A stretch of DNA of 64,000 nucleotides from Macrostomum lignano. Lineage: Eukaryota. The position numbers and the translations under genes were made by a program. Where the stretch lies: positions 1-64,000 of the forward strand of contig NIVC01002565.1 of the NCBI GenBank assembly GCA_002269645.1, in the 5' to 3' direction. The first letter of the stretch is position 1. The number at the start of each line of letters is the position of its first letter. The notes beneath the pieces are model-generated. The model was not told where the DNA came from. It did no database searches and worked only from the letters and a program-made list of their open reading frames with translations. Positions 48,524 to 60,059 of this stretch are shown here, one piece after another.

Positions 48524-49933
48524 ATGCAGGAGCAGCGAGTCAGACGCGAATTTCTGGACAGCCTCGATCAATACAATCGAAACCTGAGCCAGCGCCTGCG
48601 GCAGGCTACGCCGCCGGGCCAGTTCGAGCTTAACTCGGTCAACTCCAGCAGTTCGCTGCCAAATGCCTCTTCTCTATTGTCTTTCGGAGTTTGTAATGAC
48701 ACCAATGGGACAACGACGCTAGCAGAGTCCTCGTGTCCCTCCTGGTGGGTGGACAGCCTGCGCTGGATGCAGGGCGTGTTCACCACCCTGGGCCTGGTGG
48801 GCAACTTCCTTGTCATCCTGACTCTGCTGAGGCGGCGCTACCAGTCGAAGTTCGCCTCGGCCGTGTTCCTGCACCAGACGCTCATGGACTTCATGGTTTG
48901 CGTTGCAACCTTAATACTGCTAGTGAAGCCGTCGCAGAATCCGACCGACAATATTAGCGTAGGCTTCCTCCTGTGCCATGTGGTTGCCAGCCAGCTTCTA
49001 TACTGGTACTTTGTGTTCAGCAGCGTTCAGAACCTCATCCTCATAGCCATCGACCGTTTCTTCGCTGTGTTCAAGCCAGTCAAGTACAAAATGCTCAACT
49101 ATCGAAGCGCCGCAGTTCATCTTCTGGTGCTGCACGGCTACTCCCTGTTGGTGAACATCATCGACGTCTTCTCAGTGGAATTCGACGCCGATAACAATCT
49201 GTGCAGCACGGAAATCACCAGCCAGGTGTTTAAGAAGGCGTTCCGTGTGTACGGCTTTGTGTGGTTTTTCCTGGTGTACCTGGGGCCCGTGGCCGCTGTG
49301 GTTTGCCTGTATACGGCTATAATTTACCGGCTGGGCAATCGCGGCATACAGACCAGCCGGTTTCGCCAGCGGGCAGCCACGGAACTGACAAAGTCTGCGG
49401 TGATCATCACCGGCATTTTCATAGTGTGCTTCAGCTACGACTGCATCTACTACCTGCTGGGCCACCTCGACCTGGTGCAGTACGTGTACAACTCGCCCAC
49501 CCAGCTGATCGGGGTGGCCCTGGTGACTCTGAACTCGTGCACGAATCCGGTGGTCTATTGCATCATAATGCAGTCGTTCCGCCAGCGCATGATGTCGGCC
49601 GTGTTCTGCTGCTGCGCCAACCTGCGGTGCCCGGGTGCGTCCGCGGCCGCAGCCGATGTCAGAGGCGGTGGAAGAACCACCGGCAAGGATGGAGGTGCCG
49701 CAGCGCGTCGAGGTCGCATCAGCGATGAGGACGAGGACGAGGAGGAAGACGAACTGGCAGGCAAGGCGGCGGCGGCGTCGGCAGCGGCGGGTGCAGCGGC
49801 GGGGGCAACGACTTGCTCGGCGAAGGTGACAGCGACAACGGTGGAAGTGCACGCCATGGAGGTGCAAAATGGCGGCGGCGGCGGCTTCCTGTTAACGAGT
49901 CGAAATTCGGTCAGAAATAACGGCACGGGTTAG
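48524..49933 (+). CDS. Intronless class A (rhodopsin-like) GPCR, peptide-receptor-like orphan, 469 aa from first ATG
   Basis: Seven hydrophobic segments; GN (TM1), D (TM2), IAIDRF (TM3), P..Y (TM5), NSCTNPVVY (TM7); TM3/ECL2 Cys pair; N-glycosylation sites in the N-terminus; Ala/acidic C-tail. Confidence 0.93.
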   Translation: MQEQRVRREFLDSLDQYNRNLSQRLRQATPPGQFELNSVNSSSSLPNASSLLSFGVCNDTNGTTTLAESSCPSWWVDSLRWMQGVFTTLGLVGNFLVILTLLRRRYQSKFASAVFLHQTLMDFMVCVATLILLVKPSQNPTDNISVGFLLCHVVASQLLYWYFVFSSVQNLILIAIDRFFAVFKPVKYKMLNYRSAAVHLLVLHGYSLLVNIIDVFSVEFDADNNLCSTEITSQVFKKAFRVYGFVWFFLVYLGPVAAVVCLYTAIIYRLGNRGIQTSRFRQRAATELTKSAVIITGIFIVCFSYDCIYYLLGHLDLVQYVYNSPTQLIGVALVTLNSCTNPVVYCIIMQSFRQRMMSAVFCCCANLRCPGASAAAADVRGGGRTTGKDGGAAARRGRISDEDEDEEEDELAGKAAAASAAAGAAAGATTCSAKVTATTVEVHAMEVQNGGGGGFLLTSRNSVRNNGTG

Positions 49934-50796
49934 CACTGTCTGAGCTGCCTCCGCCCTTCCTTACCAGTATGGACAGTTAGAAAAAAATGCACTTTAGAAT
50001 TTAAAAGATGTCGAAATCGAATGCTTGTGTCTGTGTAACCCCGCTTTTAATTATTTACAAGTTACTGCCGTTGTAGAGTTTCTTATCAACTCAATTGGCG
50101 GAGTCAAAGGCAAATTGTTTTTCATGCTGAGTGGCTGACTAAGTTACGCAGTTGAATAGTCACGTGATCCGCTAGGCAATAAGCAAGGCAGCTCTGCTCA
50201 AATTCGGCTGTTGTCCGTCTCTAATTTATCGAATAAAGCGCCCACATCCCTAGAAACTCGTTTCCTGTTGATTTGGAGTTTTCTCTTCATAATAGTCATA
50301 CGAGCTCGAACTTCGCTTCGTTTGCTCAGGCTGGATGAAGCCCCCCTCCTCCCCCAGCCTCCCCAGATCGGAGACTCGGCTTTTAATGTGCGATTCTGTC
50401 TTTTTATTTAAAAAACGCAGGCTCTCCATTGATTGTTAGCTGTTGTGAGCCGCCAGTCCCGCCATCCCCAAGGAGTGGCATCGGCAGGCGCAGAGGAAAT
50501 CATCAATATTTTATTAAATATATTTTCCAAGCTTTAATGCGCTCGTGACTGATTATCAAGAAATTTTCCTTTTGAATTGAATCCAGAATTCGTTCAAAGA
50601 GCCACATTTTAATAAAAATTGAGTAGCAGGCGCAGGTTAAAGAAAAAATTTCCGTTTTCAAGAGCAATTACGACTTTTGAGTAGCTCAGCTCGGCTATGA
50701 GGGCAATTAGAAGTCACGTTCCGCTTGTCGCCGAAGGCGTCTGGACGATCAATGCCTTGAATTTTTATTCGGTTTAGAAGATTTCTCAGTCATGAA

Positions 50797-50845
50797 CTCT
50801 CTCTCTCTCTCTCTCCCTCTCTCTCTCTCTCCCTCTCTCTCTCTA
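50797..50845. repeat. (CT)n microsatellite
   Basis: Direct inspection. Confidence 0.9.
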
Positions 50846-51204
50846 TCATGGGCGAAGCGTCGATAGATATTGATTCGCTCTTCCCGTAGGGATGTCGCTT
50901 CTCTACAGAGAAGAAACTGAAGGATCACCTGGCAGCTCGAGAGAAAATTTATAGATCTAAATTGAGACTAACTACTGAAGCTTAAGGCTTCGATAATTAC
51001 AAGGCAAAGAATGCACTTTAGTTCCGTCTCCACTGTTTAATCTGCTGTGTACGAGCGTCAGCTTCTTTGGGACTCCTTAAAGAGAAACTCCTTAAATAGA
51101 TTTAGACAGTGCTTCGAGAAAGTCATTCTGTCTGTGGACACTTACCGCAAGTCATTCTGTCTGTGGACACTTACCGTGACATTATACTTACTTGTTTATG
51201 GATA

Positions 51205-51490
51205 TGTATATGGATACTTCTACGGCAGTATCATGTGTCTATGGATACTTCTACGGCAGTATCATGTGTCTATGGATACTTCTACGGCAGTATCATGTGT
51301 CTATGGATACTTCTACGGCAGTATCATGTGTCTATGGATACTTCTACGGCAGTATCATGTGTCTATGGATACTTCTACGGCAGTATCATGTGTCTATGGA
51401 TACTTCTACGGCAGTATCATGTGTCTATGGATACTTCTACGGCAGTATCATGTGTCTATGGATACTTCTACGGCAGTATCATGTGTCTTT
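51205..51490. repeat. 31-bp minisatellite (ATGGATACTTCTACGGCAGTATCATGTGTCT), ~9 copies
   Basis: Period of 31 (51241/51272). Confidence 0.95.
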
Positions 51491-54400
51491 TGGATGTGTC
51501 TATAGATAATTCTATGGCAAGACAGTCGTCAGTGTGTTTGTGAAGCCTGTTTACGAAGACTCAACCAAGAACTCCCTCTTATCGAAAACTAACCCACAAT
51601 TTGTCCATCGAACATCATTGTTTCGATTTTGTGGCTACACAAACAAACAAATGCAATTCAAGCACCTGCATTGTCTGCATCTTCACAAAGTTTAGGCTCA
51701 TGAAAAATATTTCGGTCGATCCAAGGCCATAGCGCTGCTTTCTTCCATGTATAATTGATGAGCAAGGAGGGCGGACAGGCCGGCACTATTCGCGAACCGA
51801 GGCGAAGGCATTGATCGCCTGGAGTTCGCGAGTAGTGAGCGTTTGGGAGTGCGTTGAGAGGATGCTGGGGGATCAGTAGCAGCAGCCCCCAAGGTCTGGT
51901 GTATAAGCAACCCGCGGCAAAAATTAATTCTCCCTTTTCACTCTCTCTCCCATTCCTGCCCCAAATGCTTAGCGGTCCCGAATGGCGTGTTCCTAATTCG
52001 TAATATATAATGGGAAATGTGCATGCGAAGTGTTCGAAAGTCTAAAAACTGCAAGCCACTGAGGCGTGAGCTGCCTAAGCGTTGAGCAAGACGGATGCCT
52101 CCAACCCCCCCCCCCTATACCGAAGAGCCTTCGCCCAAGATGCACTTTATGCCGGGCTTGGCAGGGATGCGTGCCGCCGCGGGTCCATTGAAAGGGTCTT
52201 CCGGTTGCATTATTCGGCATCGGGCAAGACAATGCCAAGCTGCTTCCGCGGGCCCGGTTGCGAAGGATTGCATACTCGTATAGCCCTGCGGCTACGGGAA
52301 GTCGAAGCAAGTCCACTCGATGAGCAAGAGATTATGCATAGAGAACTATTGTATTGGCCGAGCGCACTACTATATAGACTAATTAGCTTGGCCGTGTTCC
52401 AGCTTTTGTAAGGCGTGACGTAACGGAAGTACAAGCGTATCATGTCAAGACTGGTCTAGTTTCGCGGAAAATAACATGCATTTTGCTCTGCCGGGGTGCC
52501 ACTAAGGTGCTTCTAGCTGGACAGTCAGCCGCAGTGCGCTTTGCTTGTGAACTGCCACTGAGATATGCAGATGAACTCTAGCGCGGCATTTCACGGGAGT
52601 GGATGAGTCTGAAACTCACAGAGCCCTGCTCCTAGCTCCAGATTTTAATTGCTCTTGAATTTTATGCTCCCACCATGTCAGGTACTCTACCACGTTACAC
52701 TGTCGTGAGACAAATTATTAGTACATTAAACTACACCGCGTTTAAGTTGATGTACTTTTATAGACTATCGCGATGACAGTGTGAGTGCTGTTCAGCAACT
52801 AGAGAATGCATTGTGGCGATGATTGGAGTCCTATCCGCGCGCACCTGTCAGGAAGTGGCGAATTCCCGCATTCCTGAAACATCAGTGCGCTTCAACCGGC
52901 CAGCACCACCCAGCCGGAATTCAGCCAGCTAACAAAATCCAGAATAGCATTTTTGCAGCACGCCAGCGCCAAAGCCAGCTTTTAGAGGCTGCCTGCCTGC
53001 CATCATTTTGATGCGGCAAAATGTGCTTTCCAGCTACGAACGGCTTTGAAGCATTCTTGCTGCATTTAGAGAAAAATGAATGAAGATAACATAACGGATA
53101 AACACTGTTTTATCTAGTCATTTTTAGAGGTTGATTTATCACCATCATCATCAGAGGCTGATTGACAGAAAAAAACAGTGCATAGAATTGGCCTGATAAT
53201 CTCTAGCCAGATGAATATTTAGGGACTAAGCCTAGTATTTCTCGCTATTTTCGCGGGTTGCCCAAGCTAAACAAGTTAAAAGTTAAAAGAACTTGTCAAT
53301 GCATCGATATTTATTTCTATACAATAGACTCAACAACAAATGCAATGAGATGCAGCATGAATATTGCAGAGACCTTTTTGAAAGTTCGAATCACAGATTC
53401 TAGACTGGAGATGTGTCATTCCAGAATTCGCAAGTGTATTGAGCGGCAGTCTCCGAGACCATGTCCGACTGATTTTAAAGCTTTTCAGGTGCTTTTATTT
53501 AAGTGATAACGCTTGAGGAGCAACAGAAGCCACAGTCTATGGTCTGAACCCCGGGTTTTTGCGCTACGGCGTGGTGTTTGATACATTTCGCAAATTACAA
53601 GTAAACAGGCACAAGCGACAAGAGTTACAAGTGCGACGGTTTCATAGACCAAGTGTATAAATCGGATAGTGAACTAGAATGTCTATGGCCTAAACATCGG
53701 GCGCAACTACAGCCGACTTCCCCTTGGACCCTGGATATGCTCTCCGGCCGCAGAAGTCACGTGACTGGAAGCGAGGGTGCCTCCGTCTACATGCAGAGTG
53801 CCTATAACGTAACAATACCACAGCAAGGCATCGTGTCGGGACTGTAGCAGAAGGAGGAAAAATCTGACACCTTACTTCCTGAACAAAAAAATTGCGAATA
53901 AAATTGCCATATATCGATTGTGCTCTACAAGGAGTATCAGTTGGCTTAAAGTAGGCGTAGCAGGTGTGTGCGTGCGGTGCGAAGTGTATAGGATTTTGCA
54001 GCCAAGATCAGTTTGGCAATGAAGTAGGGTTACAGGGTGTGGCGGCAACCAGCATCAGGGAAATATAGACACGGGCACGAAGAGGCACACGAGACCCAGT
54101 CGGATTCAGACAAGTAGCTACTCGAACTAGACAGGCTTGAGCATTCAGGAAATAAAGGGCCGAGAAGAAATTACAAGCAGCCGAGACGGCAAAGCAGACG
54201 AGGGATGCGTGAAGTGTCTCAAAGACAAGAAGACTTGTTGGCAGCTTTGAGGCGACAAGCAAGCCAGGACAGATGGAATCAGGAAAAGGAAGAGAAACAG
54301 GAGACGGGAGAGAGGGGAACGCACGCGATGCAGAGGCTGAGCATGAAGTGGCTCGATGAGGAAAGTTTTTGATGCTGCAGCCCACCTCAAGCTCGCGCTA

Positions 54401-55237
54401 GTGCTCAGCTGTCTAAAGCGGGCTAAAAGTTCCCGACCCCCGCAGCTCAGGGGAGCAGATCGAAGGAGAAGAGGAGAGTTCCTGGCGGGCGGGAGAGGCG
54501 GCCACTTGACGTTGGCAGTGTCTCCGCCGACTGCTTAAGTGTCTCTCAAACCGGTCCCGACCCTGCTGTCAGCCTCCTGCTGGCTAACTTAAAGAAAAAT
54601 GACAGCGGGGCTGCAGCTAGCGGCTCCGGTTAGCGTAATGTCTGTCTTTCCCCGCGTGCTCCTTAATTAGCTTGAACCGGCTGATGCAACATGGCAGTCG
54701 GGCAGCTCAGATGAAGAGTCTTTTAGTGGCTTTTTTACCTATTGAGACTAAAATTAAACTCGATGGTTTTAACATTCTGATTTTTTAAGCTGCTTCCCAG
54801 CAACTACGACTGAGAAGTAAAAATTATGCAAGGGTAGCTGTGGCCTTTTAATAGTGCAAACAGTGTATTACCGGTTTTGGCAAACTTTTCTAAGGCTAGA
54901 TATTGTAGATAACCTGATAGATAGATAAATAGATAGATAGATAGTAGATAGCGAGAAAGAGCGAGCGAAGCGAGCTCTTTCGAGCTTGCTTGCCGCAGCC
55001 AATCAAGCTAAAAGCACGCACACAAGATCACCGGAAACGATTAAGGCAGCTGGAAAGCCAATGGGCGCGGTAAGCGCTTTTATCCAGAGGAACTACCTGC
55101 TGGAACCAGCCATGCCGAACGAAAATCAGACTACTCAAGTAGTGCAAAAGAGTGCGTGCAACTACCGAGAAATCTAATTTTCGTAACCGCTCCGGTGCAG
55201 GTCCTGGCAATAGATAGTAGATAGCGAGAAAGAGAAA

Positions 55238-55530
55238 TTCCAGACAGTGTCCGGGTAGACTCCAGACAGTATCTTCCTAGATTCCAGACAGTATCCGGGT
55301 AGGTTCTAGACAGTATCTGGGTAGGTTCTAGACAGTATCCGGGTAGGCTCTAGACAGTATCCTAGTAGGTTCCAGACAGTATCCGGGTAGACTCCAGACA
55401 GTATCCGGGTAGACTCCAGACAGTATCCGGGTGGACTCCAGACAGTATCCGGGTAGACTCCAGACAGTATCCGGGTAGACTCCAGACAGTATCCGGGTGG
55501 ACTCCAGACAGTATCCGGGTAGATTCCAGA
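55238..55530. repeat. 22-bp minisatellite (TCCAGACAGTATCCGGGTAGAC), ~13 copies
   Basis: Direct inspection. Confidence 0.92.
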
Positions 55531-56199
55531 ATTTATGGCATAGAAGCATGCAACAGTTTTGCTGCAGAAATCCAATAAAGCAGCAAGCATGTGATCATAT
55601 CTAGGCAGAAGCCGGTCACCCTGCGCTGCGACCGAATCTATAAGCCTCAAAATCTCTGCTGCGCCCCTTCGATCGAATAATCAAATTAGTCGCAGCTTCT
55701 TCAAACTGATGAAGCCGCTGGAAAATTTGGAATTCTGTCTCGAGGCAACAAGTCAGCTACACCTGCTCTAAACCAGCAGTTGCCATGTATGTGGAAAACA
55801 CCCAAAAGTACAATTGTAGCCAAACACGAAGTTACTAGTGCGACACAATAACACAAAGTGTGGTTAACTAAATCTATAATTCGCTTTGACTTGAAGCCCT
55901 CAGTTGATTCAACACAAACGGCTCTGTCATTAATGGCAAACGTAGAATTAAGCCTAGGCGCAAATTAATAGCAAGAAATGGCTGCACCAACTGATTCAAT
56001 CGTTCTGTAGATAGAGAACTTGCTTGAGGCTTGAGGTCTAATTATGGAGTTTGACAAAACTTCTAGATACGAGGCTCGTATGTATTCTTGAGTAATAATA
56101 CGATTAATTCATTGTTAATGCAAGCACACATTTTCTTGATGGTTAGAAATCAAATTTTGTGTTCTTACGAGCGTATTAGAATCGATATGATGTTGGCTT

Positions 56200-56540
56200 G
56201 AGTGGGGTAGGGGTAGGCAGTAGGGGTGGGGGTAAGAGGGGTGGTGGCAGGCAGGAGGAGTGGGGCAGGCAGGAGGAGTGGGGCAGGCAGGAGTGGGGCA
56301 GGCAGGAGTGGGCAGGCAGGAGGAGTGGGGCAGGCAGGAGTGGGGCAGGCAGGAGGAGTGGGGCTGGCAGGAGTGGGGCAGGCAGGAGGGGTGGGGGTAG
56401 GAGGGGTGGGGCAGGCAGGAGGGGTGGGGGTAGGAGGGGTGGGGGTAGGAGGGGTGGGGGTAGGAGGCGGGGTAGTAGGGGTGGAGTAAGAGGGGTGGGG
56501 CAGGCAATAGGGGTGGGGCAGGCAAGAAGGGTGGGGCAGA
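56200..56540. repeat. G-rich purine minisatellite (GGGGCAGGCAGGAGT / GGGGTGGGGGTAGGA)
   Basis: Direct inspection. Confidence 0.9.
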
Positions 56541-57239
56541 CAGGAGATAAATCCACAGAAAAAAATAGACTGGCTTCTCATACTTATTGTAATTTACATA
56601 AAACTGTATAGGTCACCCATGTCTCAGATTCAATTTATTGTACGAAAGCCAACTATGAGCAATGGACAATTTGCTGTCGAGGAAGCAAGCACACACTGCA
56701 CTTTCGCAGTGCAGTGCAACACAGCTGGTTTGGACAGAATGGAAAGCAAGGAATCAAAGGTAACAGCAGAATGAATCAAATTCAACTCCTGATTATTCGG
56801 CCTGGTAGATCAAGAAGTGGATCGCGGATGTGGAGGGATGCAATCGGATTTCCGGGTAGTATCCGGCTGGATGAATTTGGGTGTCATGCTGAAGCCACAG
56901 TGGCCCTGGATGCTCTAGTGTCCTGAATTGGTGCTAGCGTTGAGCTTCGAGGAAACACTGAAATTTAGAAAGATGTTCTGGTTTGTAGAGAGTTGCAAGC
57001 CCAGTGGGTCGGCGCAGGCATCTCTAGTGGACTACCGAATGTCTGATGTAACATTCACTATAATATGCGGGCTGACCTTAGTGCCATAATAAGCCATAAA
57101 AAGCACTTTCAGGGGCGCATTTAACTGCGAACTGGTTAAGGCAACTAACTGACTTGTATCAAAAGTCAAAGTCAAACAATGTGCCGTAACTCTGCAGTCG
57201 GCTACATGCAGCCAGTGGGAAGCAACAGTGCAGTCGAAG

Positions 57240-57322
57240 GGGCAGAGCAGCTCAGTGGGGAGTTGTACACCCTGCGTGAGCGAGTGCCTGTGTATGTGTC
57301 CGAGTGCGTGCTCGGGGCTCAG
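57240..57322 (+). mobile_element. SINE family B, internally deleted copy (head fused to tail)
   Basis: gggcagagcagctcagtgg (head) is joined directly to tgtacaccctgcgtgagcgagtgcc..gagtgcgtgc (tail). Confidence 0.6.
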
Positions 57323-57422
57323 CGAAATGAGCGCGACTTCTTGTCTCGTCTCTCGCTGTGACTTGCGGCAGCGGACTAGCAACAGCGCAGTCCCGTTGTG
57401 CGAAGGCACACCGACTTCTTAC

Positions 57423-59221
57423 CTGAATTTGAAGCACGGTTGGGCGCTTGAGCTGCCTGCAGAATCCACTCCAGCGCGTCGTTCAAGTAGTTTATGAGAA
57501 GCATAAACAGGGCAAACAAGTGCAGCTGGAATAGAATGCTGGCCAGCACGTACGAGAGGTTGTGCGTTCCGGTGTGGAAGTCGCCAAATCCGATCGAGGT
57601 CACCGTGCTGATAAGGAAATAGAGGCTCTGCATGGGTGTCCAATCCTCGATGATGCAGAGGAAAACTATTGCAACTATGAGGTGGGCCTGCATCACCAGC
57701 GTCAGCATGGTGATTGGGATCACGACGATCGTTTCGTCGCCGTTTGGGAAGATCAGACGGCTTAGCCGCTGGCTAGAGCTCAGCCGCTGTCGCAGTTCAA
57801 TGAGCAGGCGGCTGAGCATGGACTGGTAGACGCTGGACAGGTTCTGAACGTACAGCACCCCGATGGGCACGAATAGGGCGATGAAGATCCCGCTAACCCA
57901 GCGGCCAGCTTTGGTGATTGGGCAGTACTTGCCGTATCCTGTACATTGGTTGGAAATTGAGGTGAGCGTGTTGCCACAAAACACGAGGATTTAAGCCACT
58001 GGAAGTAATAATTGCCTAATGCGGATGCCTAATGCGGATGCCTAATGCGGATGCCTAATGCGGATGCCTAATGCGGATGCCTAATGCGGATGCCTAATGC
58101 GGATGCCTAATGCGGATGCCTAATGCGGATGCCTAATGCGGATGCCTAATGCGGATGCCTAATGCGGATGCCTAATGCGGATGCCTAATGCGGATGCCTA
58201 ATGCGGATGCCTAATGCGGATGCCTAATGCGGATGCCTAATGCGGATGCCTAATGCGGATGCCTAATGCGGATGCCTAATGCGGATGGCCTAGTGAGTGG
58301 CCATCCGCATTAGATGCCTAATGCGAATGGCCACTCACTAATAATGACACGATAGTCTTGCAGCACTTTTTGTAAGAAGTCAGAAAATCCATGATCAAGG
58401 TCATGAGCCCAAAGATCAACTCATACAGGATGATCAACTCATACAGGATGATCAACTCATACATGATAATCAACTCATACAGGATGATCAACTCATACAT
58501 GATAATCAACTCATACAGGATGATCAACTCATACAGAATGATTAACTCATACAGGATGATCAACTCATACAGGATGATCAACTCATACAGGATGATCAGC
58601 TCATACAGGATGATCAACTCATACAGGATGATCAGCTCATACAGGATGATCAACTCATACAGGATGATCAACTCATACAGGATGATCAACTCATACAGGA
58701 TGATCAGCTCATACAGGATGATCAACTCATACAGGATGATCAGCTCATACAGGATGATCAACTCATACAGGATGATCAGCTCATACAGGATCTATACATG
58801 TATGTCCCAAAATATCATGCTCAGTTCAGACGATTATCAATCAATTTTGACGATTGTTCACAAACAGCTCACCAATAGTGCTCAGCAGAGAGAAAGTAAA
58901 ATAGACGCCCTCCTCGGTGTTCCATCGGGTTTGTTGACTCCATTTGCCCAGCTGCTCGACAAGCCTCTTCTGGCTGAGGTTACTCCGAGTCACCAGGTGT
59001 ATTGCGAACTGCATCGAGTCGTTGCGCGCCCTGATGCCGAAGTTTTCAAGCCTGGCTATCAGGTCTCCAACAGTGAGCAGCAGGGTCATTGTGATCACCA
59101 GCATTGACATGGCATGGGCAAGCGGTGACAACAGGCTGGAGATGAGGGTGCGCATACAGCGGCACCGCAGCCGGAGGCAATTTTTGCGGCTGTTCAAGGC
59201 CCTCGGCAAAGTTGCTAACAT
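57423..59221 (-). CDS. Two-pore-domain potassium channel (K2P/KCNK family); C-terminal exon(s) uncertain
   Basis: Exons complement(58873-59221, 57423-57938), spliced in phase to rebuild pore 1 WNTEEGVYFTFSLLSTIG|YG; pore 2 WTPMQSLYFLISTVTSIGFGDF; four TM segments; probable donor gtaaga at 57422. Confidence 0.85.
58013..58290. repeat. 13-bp perfect minisatellite (CCTAATGCGGATG), ~21 copies, K2P intron
   Basis: Direct inspection. Confidence 0.97.
58413..58790. repeat. 18-bp minisatellite (TCATACAGGATGATCAAC), ~21 copies, K2P intron
   Basis: Direct inspection. Confidence 0.97.
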
Positions 59222-60059
59222 TCTGATTAAGGCCGGATGAGGAGTCGAACTTGACTCAACGCGGGAGAAATGCTTATCGTGTTCGTACTTCTGATGTATT
59301 GCTTTCTGATGGCTTTTGTTTACTAGCTAATTGGCTTATTGTTGTAGTCAAGGCGGCTTGTTAGCAGCTCAGTGCCACAGACAGAATCAAGATATGCCAG
59401 GATATTTTAGGCTAGCGTCTCACGAAAGGATGCTGATGAAAACTGGGTGAACTACTTAAGTTGCGCTTAAGATTACTATGGTAAGTAGGAGAATAGGGTT
59501 TTTTGCGCTAATTTCGAAAAAGAAATCAAACAGAATGCTTGGAAAAGAATTTCAATTCTTATTGCAGCTTGTTGCAAAACATTGCAGATAACAATTTTTT
59601 GCATTTTTTATTTCACGGTTGAGCTATCGCTCATCTGTCAAACAGTTGGCACAGCTATTCAGAAATGATTGCCACTGCAAAAAACTCTTATAGCATTGAA
59701 ATTTCAGACAGGATATTGCACAGACCCGCCCGATTTGAGAACCAAAACAAAAGACAGACTATTATTGTATGGCACGCAACAAAGCAAAAGTTTTCCAAAG
59801 ATCTAAGATATTAAAGAAGAGTCATGCCAGAAGAGAAAATATAAGTGAATTGTAGTAAACTGGGGCTAAGCATTGCTAGTGCTGCAGTATGCAAAAATTT
59901 AAGCAACGATACAAATAGCTAAAACCTTCAATTGATAATTTGCGACTTCCTGGTGGTGACGCCATCTCCAATTCAGCAAAAACATCGGTCTCAGCCTGCT
60001 TAGATACTATCCTATATACTAAATATGAGTTCCTCAGTTAGCAGCTCTCATGGGATGCC

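Noticed and set aside
51698-52443. GC-rich minus-strand ORFs as terminal K2P exons
   Set aside because: The acceptor at ~51895 is out of phase with the K2P donor, and no connecting exon could be established.
55700-55740. Hammerhead ribozyme (CTGATGA..GAAA)
   Set aside because: No adequate stems I-III around the core.
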